Assembly: GCA_012295275.1 (NCBI GenBank)
Contig: CM022672.1
Coordinates: forward strand, 34,534,001 to 34,598,000
DNA: 64,000 bases
Reading direction: 5' to 3'
From: Chrysomallon squamiferum
Lineage: Eukaryota > Animalia > Mollusca
This document shows positions 1-16,374 of this stretch, in pieces (the stretch's first letter is position 1; every line of letters starts with the position of its first letter). The position numbers and the translations under genes were made by a program. The notes below the pieces were generated by a model. It saw only the letters and a list, made by a program, of their open reading frames with translations. It was not told the origin of the DNA and ran no database searches.

Positions 1-895
1 TGTTTTTAATAAGATTATTGAAAACTGTGTAACAAAAACCTTAGCGATGTGAAAAGATTTAATTGCAGTAAAATAGTGAATTTAATATCATTATATTAAA
101 ACATTTTTATGGGTGTTACTTTAATTTTCGATGCTGTCAAAGTCATAGGAAATTTAATAAAATCGGTTTTAAAAAGTTAGTCGAAACCGGAATCACGTGC
201 AATTATTCTAGGGGCGCCATAGGCTACAGAGCGCCATCTGGTGTATTTGAAATCTTCAGTACATATATTTAAAATCTAATAATACATATAGTCAAAATAA
301 AATAATAATAATAATAATAATAATAAGTGAAAATTTCTGGAATGTGTAGAAAAATTATTATTACTTCATAATGCTATGGGACAAGACTGTAAAAACGAAC
401 TGACAAAATGAAATTTAAAGAATCGTCGTAAGCTATGGTACCGATATTAAAAACCTCGGGGCGCAAAAAAAAAAAAAAAAACCCTACAGGGACATAATTA
501 TATGTTATAATTTGTGATAGGTGTATTTAGCATAATTATATTTTGTCGCTTATCAAATAATACGTTGTTTATTAAAATGAAAACACAGATGTCAGAGGTT
601 TAAAAAGATGACAACAAGGAAGAAACAAATCGTGACAAAAAAAAAATATGAGGAAGAACAACTTTAGATGTTTGACAGGTTAGATAAAAGAATGTGACAG
701 TTTGAGAAACAAACAAACAAACAAGCAACAAACAATAAATTAACATAACAATAAATAAATAAACAAACAGCTAAACAAAGAGACATGCATAGAGACGAAG
801 ATGTACATACAAAGACAGGCAGACACAACAAGACAGACAGACAACAGACATGTAGATAAGAAGAACTGGATCTATATAATCTATCTCTCTATCTG

Positions 896-928
<33 letters not shown>

Positions 929-1402
929 CCATCTATCTATATATCTATCTACCTATATATATATCTGTAAGCCCATCTATCTGTCTGTCTGTCTGTTTGT
1001 GAATCTGTCATCTGCCTTATATCTCTCTCTCTATCTGTCTGTATATTTATCTATCTGTGTAGCTAGCTGTATGTTTATATATCTGTGTATGTATCTATCT
1101 ATCTTTATATCTATATACTATCTGTCTGTCTGTCTATCTATCTATCTTTCTATCTGTCTATATATCTGTTTATCTGTCTCTATCAAACTTTCTATTTTTT
1201 TTTTTTGTATATCTACATAAGTCTCTCTCTACCTATCTATAATCAATCTATCTGCATACAGATATCTATCTGTCTATTTATTTATCTATCTATCTGTCTA
1301 TTTGTTTATCTATTTATCTATCTATCTAAACACACACATACACACTCACGAACATACACTATGTCTTCGATCTCTCATCTCTTTCTAATTTTCTCTTTTT
1401 AA

Positions 1403-1505
<103 letters not shown>

Positions 1506-1845
1506 CGAAAGACAAACTGCTTATCGTCGTTCCTGTGAAACAATGGAACGTTTTATACACTAACGTGACTTGTTACAGTCTTGACAAAAATTCAACATGA
1601 AGGAAAATTACAAGTTGATTTATAAGCCAGCCTAGTCCTTTGTCCGTAGATCATCGGTGGCTATTATTTATATTTTATAACAGTGTGGCTATTATTTTAC
1701 ACGTGTTTGATATATTGCGACCAGAACACAGCGTCCTTGTTAAGTGATGTAAATTACGGCTTTTTAGTTCACTTCCATTGTTCGTTTGATTGACACTGGC
1801 CATCTCTTACAAGCGATTAAATGTTAACACGTTCAAACAGTGGGG

Positions 1846-1966
<121 letters not shown>

Positions 1967-2559
1967 GTATGCTTGCATTTGTTTGCATATGATTTCAATA
2001 ACATGAGGTAAATGACTGCATCAGCCAATTCTTCTTTCGTTTGGTTATTTTTCCCGTTCCAAAAGCTGTTTTTCAGTAGCTAATCTGTTGATGACGTCAT
2101 CACTTTTATGCTTTACGGGTTAGCAAAAAATGATAGTTGTCTTGACCTTCCCATATACAAAATTAACTATATACATACATGCATACATACATATGAGATG
2201 GTGACAATACAGAACAAATCTTTTGTTGAACTTTCCCAGGACAAGAAAAAAAACTAACAACACAATAATAATGTATGAAAAGTTGAATACCCTAAACAAA
2301 GTGAGTAGGAAGACCATCAGCCTGATCGATTATTGGGTGAAAGTACTAAAATTAGTAATTGATTAGCAGTTCAGTAACCTTTGCCAGTTACTATTTTGTA
2401 GTTTATTCCGTTCTAGACAAGTCTCTGTGTCTCGTTTTGAGAACCTTTTGTGAGATTATAATAATAATATAATTGTGTTAATTATAACGTATAACACAGA
2501 TAGATAGACATAGATATTAACACTTCTATCTGTCTATATATATATATATATATATAGAT

Positions 2560-2610
<51 letters not shown>

Positions 2611-3510
2611 TTATTCTTGCTGTTAATCGGAGAGTAGAAAGACTTTAAATAATGCTGAAACGAAAACTGGATAAACTAATCAACCGTTTAGAAATGCAAA
2701 AACAAAAACTTAAAATAGAATTAAAAAATAAATTTAAACATTTTAAAGTTTTCATTATAAATTAACAAAAGAATATTAATGATAATAAATTTCTTATTAG
2801 TTTACTCATGTTGATGTGAAAGTCTTCCATTACAATTTAACCTGAACATTAATGTAATATAGCCTTAACGTTAAAGACAAATACAATAATTTAATTTAAA
2901 ATATAAATGTTCCGACATGAGGAGTATAAATTTGTACAGAATGTTTTAATTTTTGTTAACAGCATTGTAATATAATATAATATATATATAATATAGTGCA
3001 TACAGAGCTAGTTTAAAAAGTTTAATTTAATTCACGATATAAACATTCCACCAGATTTGGATATTGTAACCTAACAATTAGCTATACGATGCAAAGAAAT
3101 CTGTGGTATTATTACTTCATTTCCACAACCCGTGGAATTAGGTAATTACATTGCTACTGTGTTGTAACAAAACCATGTTATAACTCCACAGTTTTGTTCT
3201 CTCACAAATAACAGACATTTATTTATTTTATCTACATCTACATCCTTTTGTCTTCGTCATGTTCTGTAATATTAGCAACCTCACTTTCACGTTTGCCATC
3301 ATAAATTGTAGCAGTCACGATAAACAAAGAAGATTCGTTAAAGTAGCAAAGACATTTTACAAGTAGTCACTTTCAGGTATTAAAGAAAAAAAAAGAAGGA
3401 AAGAATGTTTTTATGATTGAAAGACCCGTCAACAACCATTTAACGAGAATGTTTCTACATGTGTCTGGATGTTACGAGTCACGTGATAGGCGTGGTTTTT
3501 TGTAAACAGA

Positions 3511-3547
3511 TATATAAGAAGGGTGCTTCTGGCTCTCTGCATCATTC
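3511..3547 (+). promoter_or_regulatory. TATA box and Inr-like element of secreted protein gene 1
   Basis: TATATAA at 3511-3517 and TCATTC at 3542-3547 (about 30 nt downstream), followed by the ATG at 3585. Confidence 0.65.
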
Positions 3548-3584
3548 CAAAGTTTGTTAAGCCAGTGAGATTAAAGCGGGAAAA

Positions 3585-3687
3585 ATGATGAAAATTTGCC
3601 TTTTAGTGGTATGTATATATATATATACACGTTTGTTATAGAAAGAGCGTTTGCTTCTTTTTAAACGTTCTAACGTTTTTTGTTTTA

Positions 3688-3745
<58 letters not shown>

Positions 3746-4556
3746 AGATAATCTTTAATTCATTTGGATTATTTTTAACGGAAGTTCTGCACAGAACGAC
3801 ATCAAGGATTTCTTATTGGATTCGGTTTTTGGAAATAACTGCTGCACATTCTCCGTTCTGTTTTTATTTATTTATTTACAGGTAATATTATCGTTAAAAC
3901 TATACTACTTTTACTATTATTAGCACTATATTACTATTAGTACCTGTACTACCACTACTGTTCTGCTGGTACACTATTGTTACAGGTGTTGTTACTGTGT
4001 AACAAATTCGATTTAATACTGTCATTGCACTTATCAGTTAGCAAAATGAAACGTTTTATGTGAACCTTCCCAAAATTCGAAAATACTTATTAGTCAAATT
4101 GGATTCTAACTGAAGACATCGAGATTGTTTGGTGCCTTGACTGAGTCACAGTTTGGAACAAGAAATATGAATACACATGCGCAATCTTCAGGCAGTGTTC
4201 TAAACACTTGGTTTTATCTCAGTCAGCACTGTCGTTAAAAAAAAGACTCGCCTAAGTTTAAAAGTTAGTGTCGTACTTTTAATCGACTTTTAAATAATAG
4301 ATGGTAGGACATTTTTTAATGGTATATTCGTTAAGGTATTTGTCGTTATGTTTCTTTGGATGCATTTGTGTTTGAATGTTTGTTCTGGATTTATTTAAAA
4401 AAAAAAAAAAAAATAGGGATATATATATATATATATAAAATATGTAAGCAAACAATTTATCTTCATTTCTGGCATATATATTTTTTTCTCTCTTTTTTTC
4501 CGATTACTTACTTACTTACTTATTTATTCATCATCATCATCATTATTATTATGAAC

Positions 4557-4592
<36 letters not shown>

Positions 4593-6865
4593 TTTTTTTT
4601 TTCAGTGTCTGTCTCTAGCAGTTGTCCACGCCCAGTCACCTTTCGGTGGGACAAGAACGGCAGGCGGGTTTGGACAGAAAGATCTACTGGAATCAGCAGG
4701 GGGAGCGGCGGGAACGAACCCGGCCCTCGGTGGAGGGTATCGCCAGCAAGGAGGTACGCATATATCAGTACTACTAGTCACATAATATAACATTCCTTTA
4801 GTCCGTATTAGTTATTTTTCATTTATACTGTTCTTTTCGTCAATGTTAGTCTTTTCGTCAATTTATCATTTATTTATACTGTTCTTTTCGTCAATGTTAG
4901 TTATTTATCATTTATACTGTTCTTTTCGTCAATGTTAGTTATTTATCATTTATACTGTTCTTTTGGTCAATATTAGTTATTTATCATGTATACTGTTCTT
5001 TTCGTCAATATTCGTTATTTATCATTTATACTGTTCTTTTCGTCAGTGTTAGTTATTTATCATTTATACTGTTCTTTTCGTCAGTATTAGTTATTTATCA
5101 TTTATACTGTTCTTTTCGTCAATATTAGTTATTTATCATTTATACTGTTCTTTTCGTCAATATTAGTTATTTTTCATTTATACTGTTCTTTTCGTCAATA
5201 TTAGTTATTTATAATTTATACTGTTCTTTTCTTCAATGTTAGTTATTTTACTTTTCTTTTCGTCATTTTATTTATAATTTATTCTTTTCGTCAGTGTTAG
5301 TTATTTATCATTTATACTGTTCTTTTCGTCAATGTTAGTTATTTATCATTTATACTGTTCTTTTTCGTCAGTAATAGTTATTTTTCATTTAGTTATTTAT
5401 CTGTTCTTTTCGTCAATGTTAGTTATTTATCATTTATACTGTTCTTTTCGTCAGTATTCGTTATTATCATGTATACTGTTCTTTTCGTCAATGTTAATTA
5501 TTTATCATTTATACTGTTCTTTTCGTCAATATTAGTTATTTATCATGTATACTGTTCTTTTCGTCAGTATTCGTTATTTATCATTTATACTGTTCTTTTC
5601 GTCAGTGTTAGTTATTTATCATTTAAACTGTTCTTTTCGTCAGTGTTAGTTATTTATCATTTATACTGTTCTTTTCGTCAGTGTTAGTAATTTATCATGT
5701 ATACTCTTCCTTTTGTCAGTATTAGTTCCTTTTGTTAACACTTATGTTTTATTCATCAATATTTATCAGTTGTTTGTGATAACGTAATGTTCAATTTGTT
5801 AATATCTTAGTCCTTATTTATCACTGTTCCCTTTGAGTAAATTGTTATTCGCCGTTTGTTATTATTGATGTAATGTTCCATTTGTTTGCTGATAATACCT
5901 ACTCGCAGTTTATCAGAACGTGTATTACTCAATATTCTTCACGTAGTTAGATATGTTCTTAGAACGTTACTCAGTGTTCGTCACATAGATAGATATGTTC
6001 TTAGAACGTTACTCAATGTTTGTCACGTAGTTAGATATGTTCTTAGAACATTACTCAATGTTCGTCACGTAGTTAGATATGTTTCAATCAATTCGTTAGA
6101 TATGTTCTTAGAACGTTACTCAGTGTTCGTCACGTAGTTAGATATGTTCTTATCACGTTACTCAATATTTGTAAATATGTTCTTGGACCCTTAATTATTA
6201 TTTCTTTTATTAGGTAGACATTTTGTTAGACCGTCAGTCATTTTTTTGTCATTTTGATAGACATTTTCTGTTCCCAATCGTTTATTTATTTATTTATTTA
6301 TTTATTTATTTTACAACCTTATTTGATGTCTTGCTCGGTATAACGCAACTAAACATTAACATAAATTATTATAATTTATGATTATTTTCATTTTAAAACT
6401 TTATAGTTTATTAACATATTTATTATTTATATAATGCTACTCTCTTAGTTATTTATTTACCTGTTTAATATTTCTTTTTTTACCTCAGAAATCCTTCAAA
6501 TAAAGTTTTAGAAGGCTCAAAAGTATTTATTATATCGATAGTGCAAATATCTTATATCTGAACCAAGATTTTAAACAAAATTTTAAAATTTTCTATCTTG
6601 AAAACTTCTGTGGTTTTCTGTTCTCTCTGTTTTACCCTTTGAAGGGGAAAATTATTGGTAGGCAAATTATTGTCGTTATGTTTATTTTATTGTTATTTAT
6701 GTCTTTATTATCATGTAATAAAATAACTTTTATTTCTTTTTTTTTTAAATTCACAGGTACAAATCCTTTACTAGCTATGATGGCGTGAGTATTTTGATTT
6801 CTTATTCAAACAGCTCATCATCATCATCACCATACAACAACAACAACAACAACAACAACAATAAC

Positions 6866-6904
<39 letters not shown>

Positions 6905-7162
6905 CATATTGATAATAATAATAAAATAATAATAAAATAAAACAAAACAAAATAAAATAAAATAAAATCTTGTTCACTAGTAACTTCCCCTTAATCGGTA
7001 AAATGGCTATTTTGATTTCTATCTTTTTTTTTTTTTTTAAATTTCAGCATGAACAACGATAACATGTGGCCATGGCTCCTTATGGGAGGGGGAGGTGGAG
7101 GTGGAGGAGGCGGCTTTGGAGGAGGGCTCGGTTCACTGTTTTTGTGGTCATTATTTAACTAA
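3585..7162 (+). CDS. Secreted Gly-rich low-complexity protein, 104 aa, 4 exons (shell-matrix-protein-like)
   Basis: Exons 3585-3608, 4606-4753, 6757-6784 and 7048-7162, all GT-AG and phase-consistent (0,1,2). Translation MMKICLLVCLSLAVVHA-QSPFGGTRTAGGFGQKDLLESAGGAAGTNPALGGGYRQQGGTNPLLAMMAMNNDNMWPWLLMGGGGGGGGGFGGGLGSLFLWSLFN*. Clear signal peptide. Function inferred from composition only. Confidence 0.85.
4800..5720. repeat. 38-bp minisatellite in intron 2 of gene 1
   Basis: Tandem GTTAGTTATTTATCATTTATACTGTTCTTTTCGTCAAT units, roughly two dozen copies, some with deletions. Confidence 0.9.
5920..6180. repeat. 42-bp minisatellite
   Basis: Tandem TCACGTAGTTAGATATGTTCTTAGAACGTTACTCAATGTTCG units; this explains the periodic ORF 5886..6137. 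Confidence 0.85.
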
Positions 7163-7384
7163 TGTTCAGCAGAAGGGAAGACTAGCGTCAGGTTTAATGG
7201 AGGCTGGATCTGACTGTTTCTTCACTTCAGCCTCGGTTTCACGTCAGCCTCGGTTTCAAATCCATGGACACTGTCTTCCATTGTTTTTATGTTAAAGAAA
7301 ATCATTCAACCCGGGTTTTATAGGTTCTTCTAACAGCGGTTCAATGACGTCATAAGTGTGACGTATTAACGAACTTTTTACAAA

Positions 7385-7416
<32 letters not shown>

Positions 7417-7486
7417 GTTTTTTTTTGTTTTTTGTTTAATTTGATTTTTATTTACTTAAATGACCCTCACTCATACAAAGAATATC

Positions 7487-7533
<47 letters not shown>

Positions 7534-8308
7534 TTTTTAAAATTAATTTATTCTTATAAAATTTAATAATTGTCGACTATTTTGTTTTAAGTTACGTGAA
7601 AACAATTTGTATTGATTCTAAATCCAACCAGAATTTTCTGATGATATTAATGTCAAATACCTCTCTTTAGATCCCAAGCTGCAGCTAGATTTTCTTTGAG
7701 ATACATGAAAACCTTATTTTCACTTTGTAAATATTATATCACAATCTGCATAATTTAAGATTAAAAAAAAAAAAAAAAAGTGTAATTATAATTAGACGGA
7801 GAGAATATAATCATGGATATTGAAAAAGGGAATCAGTTCTATTTGTGTGATGTTTCCAAGGTAGAATCATTTACGTGTACACATTAAACATCTTGACTAA
7901 TATTTTCTTCTATGCCAACTTATATATTTTTTTCTTCTTTTTATTTTTAATCTTTTTTTGTAAAAAATCATTAAAAAATCTTGATACGGTTTCAGTTTTT
8001 ATTCTTTCTTGTTGTCTTAACGCCAACGATAGCATAACTTTTTAATATTTAGTTTTATTGCACCAGAGAAAAAGAACTGTGAATGTTAGTGTAAATGTGA
8101 TAGTGTGCTTTTCATTAACAAGTGCAACAATAACAACAACAAACGCCACCACCACCACCACCACCACTAACAACAACAACATAATTACAGACCTATACGC
8201 TTACATATACACACATAAACACGCACACTGCCTACATAGGCACACACTGACGAACATACATAGGGAAAAAAGAGAGAGAGATTAATAAAATGCTTTCCAT
8301 ATACATTG

Positions 8309-8356
<48 letters not shown>

Positions 8357-8796
8357 TATTTATTTGTTTATTTATTTTTTATTTTATTTTATTTTATTTT
8401 ATTTTATTTTTTTTTATTTTTATTTTTTTTTAAAGAATATTTATTCGTTTTCTTTAACACAAGGATCTACATATGTAACAAATGATATCTGAAAGATATT
8501 TCAATGTAAACATAGATATAGATAGATAGATTTAAAATAATAATCCTTGTAACACTATATGATATTAAAGTAAATACACATTAATACCTGTTTGAGTGAA
8601 TACATAAAAAAAAAAAACAAGAGGCTTGTAATTCTATAAAAAAAGTAGAAGAATATTATTATTATATAACGCAGTTAAAGGAAACCAATACATGACGTCA
8701 CAGTAAAATGTATAAAGTCTCTGATTTATTAAAAATACGTCTCAATTATTGTAGAACAGTTTTAATCCGGGCACTTCTGAAAAAGTGGAATAGTGG

Positions 8797-8837
<41 letters not shown>

Positions 8838-9546
8838 GAATCATTCCAATGCATGTTTGTGCGCATTCATCTTTTCAGCTTATTAATGTTGTTTATGTAT
8901 TTAATGTATTGCGAAGGACATAAAATATTGTAATAGTCCATAATTCGAATTTTGCGGGGTAATTTTTATTAGAAGGAAATGCGCTTACTATGTCTCATTA
9001 GATTGATTATCAGTTCGTTCATATGAACTTTACTTTAAAACAAAGACAAAGAAAGAAATTATAAAGAATAAATCAAAATTCAGAAAGCAAGAAAGAACAG
9101 AAATAAAACGGAAAAGAAAGAAAGAAAGAAAAATAATAATAATGAAAAGAATTTAGATAGCAGCAACGAACATCAAACGATTTCAGGCGAAAGTACACGA
9201 GTGACGTCACCATTCCGACACGTCATTTTATTGGCCAGTTAATGTGGCACCACCAGTGACCCAAACTGAATAGTATTTTTCATTGTGAATGTTGATATAC
9301 GTCATTTCTTGTATGTTTCCCCCCACCCCTGGTATTTTAACCTCAAATATGCCTTCTAAGAGACCAGCAAGTAGAACGAATTGTCACGTAACAGCAAAAC
9401 GTAATATTAATACTCTTACAAATGATACCAATACTGACATTAAAAACTAGGACAACCATCTTTGCTGAAAAAAAGTCCAGTAACTCTGAACTAGTTTTAC
9501 GCAAAACGATATTTTATCTGTATCGGATAACTGCATACATTTTTTA

Positions 9547-9577
<31 letters not shown>

Positions 9578-10176
9578 GCCTTATGCTTCATTATTTATAA
9601 AAATACGCTACTTCGGCTTTTAGCCTGGTCCCAAATATCGTCGGATTTGTGATGTCAGCTTGCTCGTATAAATAATTCTTGTCACAGTCGTTTCGCGTCG
9701 TTATTTATCTTGTGCGTACGTCGTTGTTTACAGAAGTAGACGTAACATGACATCGTACCTTCTTCGCTGTACGTTGTGGCATGCACAGATGATTAAGTAA
9801 GGCAATTTAAACGTTACGGTAGCGACGTAAATCATAACTTGTCAAGTGCAAGCCAAGACATTTTCCCACCCGATGACTCTCTGAGCATTGTAAACGAATT
9901 AATTTTGTTTGTTTTTAAAGTTTTATTTGTGTGTAAATAATTGTTAAAGCCGTATCCTGTTATTTTTATTACAGACTGCAATAGTACACATGGAACTACG
10001 TAACAAATTTACATGCGTGGGTGTGTTTACCTTTTGCGTACATTCAGAAACACAAATGCATAGGTTTCCGTGTACATTCAGAAATAATAAAATACATATG
10101 TCCATAATAATAATTATAATGTAATCGTTTTCGTATTCGTAATAATATAATTATAAAATAATAACAACAATAAATA

Positions 10177-10207
<31 letters not shown>

Positions 10208-11639
10208 TAAATAAATAACATAAATAAACATAAAAATAAATAAAAAATAAACAAACAAATAAATAAATAAACAGATAAATATATATAAAAATGAAAAAAA
10301 AAAATAATAATAATAATAACTAAAGGCGCACACACAAAAATGTAGCACATAAATATATAAAAACCAGCTTCCAGTTGTCGTTAAATTGTCCCATTTATTG
10401 AAAAATCAAAAGCTGTTCTGATTTGTGGCTTTCAAATAAGAAGCCAGAAAAGTTACTACACTGACAACCAAAGTATGGCTACGTTATTCCTTTCATTTTG
10501 TCGTATGAAGGGAGATAACTACTGTACGTGTGGCTTAATTCGGGTTGTCGGTTATGAAATCTATTTATAACTTTGAATTAAAATACGAAGTTTATATATT
10601 CTTCTTCTAGTGATATTTTTGTAGAAAGTCTATGTTAATCATTCCTGTCAATTTGTTTATGTATGTGTTTATGTATGTGTGTGTGTGCATATATATGCAA
10701 TATAATTTCAGGTAAATTTGTTTGTACAGAAATAAATACAATATAAATGACAGCTGACATGAAAATATATTTATAAATTAAAAATGTTGTACAAGTCTTC
10801 AGATCGACATGAACTTTTTAATAGATTTGATTCCGCTAAAATCAAATATAATTTACTATTCAGTTTTTAATCAGTTTTATATTTACAGATAACGAGTATC
10901 GATAATAAACAGTACCCTGGAATAAAACATATCAAAAACTGAGAATTACAAAATGTTTTGATCCATGTCCAAATGTAGCGTTTGTTTATACATCAAAATG
11001 TATGCCTTATTCTTCTTTAGAGGTAAAACAAGTAGTTAACTAACTAAATAAATAGCATAACATAAAATAAAACAGACACGTACCACTACGCTATTTATTT
11101 TAAAGTAAAAACATTTTCAAATGTAAGTCAGTACGGTTGCATAGATTTGTTCTCAGTGTTTCGAAATAATGAGACATTCACAAATACAAGGCATAGTTAT
11201 ATTCTTGTCATCTGTATGTTAATTGAGATGATGATGATGACAGTAATAATAATAAGTGATTATAATGATCGATAATGTTGGTGAAGATACGAAGGTGATG
11301 ATGATGATACTACTACTACTACTACTACTAATAATAAAAAACTAAGTAACTAAATAAATAAATAAATAAAAAGGAAAGAAAGAAGAAGAAAACAATATGC
11401 AGATAAATGTTCTGATTATATGCAGCCTAGGAAATCTTTTCAACGGGGAAATAATGTCGCTTTTCTGATTACAACAACATTAAATTGTTCTGCAAGCAAT
11501 TAGAACCAATTAGAACCAACTAAAGCCTGTTGTTAGGTTTTCCTTTGTCAGAAAACAGACTGCAAAGAGAATTAAACGGTAAAAGACAAGATGCTGGCTT
11601 TATGTATATATATATATATATATATAGATAGATAGATAT

Positions 11640-11689
<50 letters not shown>

Positions 11690-11954
11690 TGATTGATTTT
11701 GCAGAAGATTTAGAAATAGGGAGTCAACGAAAATCCGTTCGTCGTCTCTCCGGAAACTAAACTTCAAAAAGTCCTAAGAGTTCTCGTTCAAAATTTAAAA
11801 AAAAAAAATTCAGTTTCAGGATGAATTCATGCTCCCCAATATTCAGCAAGTATTTACTAACTGATTTTAATGAAAACTGGAAACCAGGTGATGAGTTTCC
11901 AAGGACATTTCACATTAATGAAGATTAAAGACCAGGATTTTCGATTCAGTGGAA

Positions 11955-11987
<33 letters not shown>

Positions 11988-12621
11988 AAAAAAATACAAA
12001 AACATACTGAGGATTAAAATGTAGTCCAGAGTTTAAGTCCCTGCTCATGTATGACAGTTATAATGGAGACAGTTGGTTACTTGAAGTCAAGTAATTTATG
12101 GTTTAAAAGATTAAAACGGAACGTTTAAACTGAAGACTCTGCTTTAGAAAGTTATATCCTACAACTTTGTGACCATGACAAATAGTCTGGAAGATCATTA
12201 TTCGTGTATTTAAAATACTTTTTCCTACGTAACATAAAATACCTATACAGTGGTAAGGTCTGGATATCTAAAAGTTATTAAAAAATATAAACAAAATGGA
12301 GTGATTAATAATAGTATAATCTTTAAAAACAGAATCAGTTCTTTCTAGTTGTTCTTAAATTGTAGGGCATCTGTTGTTCAGAGGGATTGGAATTTACGGC
12401 GATGTCGGATTTTGGTGTGATTGCCAGTTCCCTGGATATCTGTGCAGATAAAGAAATAATCGTTTGTTATGTAGATTGAAGAATGAAAAGAATGAATATC
12501 GTAATAATAATTTAAAAAAAAAAATGAATAAAAAAGAGCAAAAAAAAAAAAGAGACCAAAACACCTGCAAAATGAAATAAATCACCTGAGACATTTACAA
12601 CATCCGACGTTTGAAGAAATA

Positions 12622-12655
<34 letters not shown>

Positions 12656-12658
12656 TAC

Positions 12659-12748
<90 letters not shown>

Positions 12749-13089
12749 GCACTTCTTGATCTATTTACAACAATTAAAAAAAAAATATGTCACAGAATTC
12801 TAAAAATTACTTTTGCGGTTAGACAAGTTGAAATAAAAAAAAAAAAAGGCAGCGACATAATTTCATGTAGATGGTCCACTTATATAAATAAAAAAATTCT
12901 ATATTCTGAAACAAACTAGGCTACTTGTCTGGGTGAGTAGTAGAGAATATAAATTACAACTGTGTGTGTGTTGTTTTCAGAATTCACTGTTCGGCTATTC
13001 TCGTCAACCATTTGTCATTCTGACTGCACGAGAGAACGCCCGCAGGATTAACCGCTGATCATTCATATTCATAATGTATACAATGTGTG

Positions 13090-13182
<93 letters not shown>

Positions 13183-13964
13183 GTCTTCTATATATTCAAA
13201 CATTTGAAATTAATATACATGAGAAAGATTAACATACAATAATAATAAAAAAGACTATAATACTGTGACATAAGCACACATACATATTTTATTTTCCATG
13301 ATTGTTAACAAAATTTCTAACGATTATAAATACCTCACACACAGTCGCACACACACACACACATACACACACACACGCACACACGTATTAGTGATACCAT
13401 TATTTACTCATTATTATATAATTATGGGACGCAACGCAAGGGAATCGATCCTTTTGGTGGATCGGATAGAGATTTCCCATTCTAACCACTGCTCCAGTCT
13501 GGAACAAAAAGATCCGCTGTCTGGAACTGGACACGGATCGGCAATCACCAAGGATTGATCTCGCTGTCCGCCACGCCTCACTGCACCGCTAACGACGACG
13601 ACGTCACCTGTGTTGTGAGTGATGGATAGGACAATGACGTCGAGAACAACGTCCTGTTTACTGCACATCTAGTTTATCTGATGAGTGACGACGACGTCTG
13701 ACACGAAGGTCGTGACGCAACTGACACCTGCTGTCACTCAACTTCGCAACGACTTCCTCGTTTACGATCTGTGTTTGCAGTACAACATCGGCGACGTTGA
13801 TCAGCCGTGATTATCTTCTTCCAGCGAATTTTTTATTTATTTTTATTTTTTTTTACTATATCTATATTCGAGTTTTATTAATAAAACATTTTTTTTTCTA
13901 ATCAATAATCTTTATGTAAATCTGTTTAGGTGACGTTTAGATAGATAGATAGATAGATAGATAG

Positions 13965-14028
<64 letters not shown>

Positions 14029-14309
14029 GATTCTTTTAAAATGTCGTTAACATATTTCATGGTAATTTTGCAAACTCTTGTCCGCCTTGCCTTAATCCGC
14101 TTATTCATTATACTGTAACGAATGGCGGCGACAAACCTGTATCCTCCTCATACGCTGTAATATTAGTTATAATTACTTTAATGTCGTGTGTAAATACGGC
14201 CAGAGTGTACGTAAATAATAACAACATTCTGTGAGTTGTGCCAATAATGTCGCAATATGTTTTGTTTTTACGCAATTTTCAATCACAGAACGGTGGGATT
14301 GCGATTGGT

Positions 14310-14389
<80 letters not shown>

Positions 14390-14563
14390 CACACCCACAT
14401 AAACGATTAGCGAACCTAACGAACCCTCACTGATAACCGTCACGCTGATATTATCTATCTTCTACAGGAGAGCTACACTGCAGGGGGAGATAACTATCAA
14501 TCCACGTGGCGTTTTGATAACACAGGAATGAGTGACAGTCAACGACATCGTTATGGTAATAAC

Positions 14564-14572
14564 TATAAATAG
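14564..14572 (+). promoter_or_regulatory. Putative TATA box of secreted protein gene 2
   Basis: TATAAATAG about 210 nt upstream of the ATG at 14775. Confidence 0.45.
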
Positions 14573-14774
14573 ATCTGTGTGTTTGAGTGACTGCTTCGCT
14601 AAGAGCTACTTGTATTTATTATTAAAAAAAAAAAAAAAAAAGAAGTAAGAAAGAATGTAAAAAAGAAGAATGTTAGTTGATGAAGTTATTTTTAGAATGA
14701 TTAAAACATGCTAAACATATATTTCAAGTGACACCGTAAAAAGGGCGACACTTCTGCTCGACTCAGGCTTCGAA

Positions 14775-15180
14775 ATGATTGCCTCCAGAATATTTCTTGT
14801 AAGTGCAGTTTTAAAACATTAATAACTTAACTATTTAATTTTTTTTTAATTTTTAATTTTAATTTTTGTTGTTGTTGTTGTTGTTTTATTTTTTAATTTT
14901 ATATATATATATTATTTTTTATTTTATTATTTTTTTTTATTTTTTTTTTATTTAATTTTTTTTTTATTTATTAATTTATTTTTTTCAGAATTTGTTAACA
15001 TACTTCAGTAAGAGTTAGTTATTTATTATTTATTTACTTGCCTTCTTATGTATTAACTTATTTATTTTAATACATTTACTTCAAGTTTTAATAAAAACAT
15101 TTTTTTTTTAAATCACTTGTCTTAATGTAAATATGTTGCACATACACAGATGGATAGCTAGAAAGACAGATAGACAGAGC

Positions 15181-15259
<79 letters not shown>

Positions 15260-15975
15260 ACGATACTGAAGTTTTGTTGTGTTACAGATAACTGCGGTGT
15301 GTTCTATGACTGTGGTTGGTCAGCCTGGTCCCCAGGAGGCTATCTAACTCAGGAGCGGAACCCAGGATCGAATCCCACCGGTCCCCAGAGTCCGGTTTCA
15401 CAAGGGGATCCCAATGCGCCTATGACTCAAAGTGATCCTAATGCACCTGTGACGCAGTATGATCCAAATGCACCTATGACGCAACCTGATCCTAATGCTC
15501 CAGTGACGCAATATGATCCAAACGCACCTATGGCTCAAAGTGATCCTAATGCGCCTGTGACGCAATATGATCCAAATGCACCTATGCAGCAAGCTGATCC
15601 TAATGCACCAATGACGCAGTATGATCCCAATGCACCTATGACGCAACCTGATCATAATGCTCCAGTGACGCAATATGATCCAAAACTATGGCAAAGTGAT
15701 CCTAATGACTCAAAGTGACCCCAATGCGCCGGTTATGCAGTATGATCCGAATGCTCCTGCATCTCAAGGAATTCCTTCTGGTAATATTGTTTAGTTTTAG
15801 AAAATGCATGTATATTATTATCATTGTTGTCGTTGTTGTTGATGTTTTCTTTTGATTACTAATTATGTGATAACTGTTACAGAATGAGCATTTTTTTTTA
15901 ATCTATAGATTTGATTAAGTTGTGAAATTAAAAACTTGAAAGCAGATATTTTGAATAATCGTAATTATATTATAA

Positions 15976-16028
<53 letters not shown>

Positions 16029-16290
16029 TAAAATTTAATTATAAATATTATCATCATAATTATTATTTTTTTATTTTTATTATCATCATCATCATTATTA
16101 TTATTAAAGTTTTAATTACTAATTATATTGAAAATTGATCCAGAAAAATAGTTTAGAAATACATTTTGTTGATTTCTGAAAAGAAAAAGCGAAAACATAT
16201 ATTTTGAATAATCATAGTAATAACAGTAATGATGATGATGATGATGATACTATACTACTGCTACCAATACTACTACTACTGCTACTGCTG

Positions 16291-16374
<84 letters not shown>

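Noticed and set aside
4800-6180. Regular repeat arrays as a possible CRISPR
   Set aside because: Head-to-tail units without unique spacers, in a eukaryotic intron, with no cas genes.
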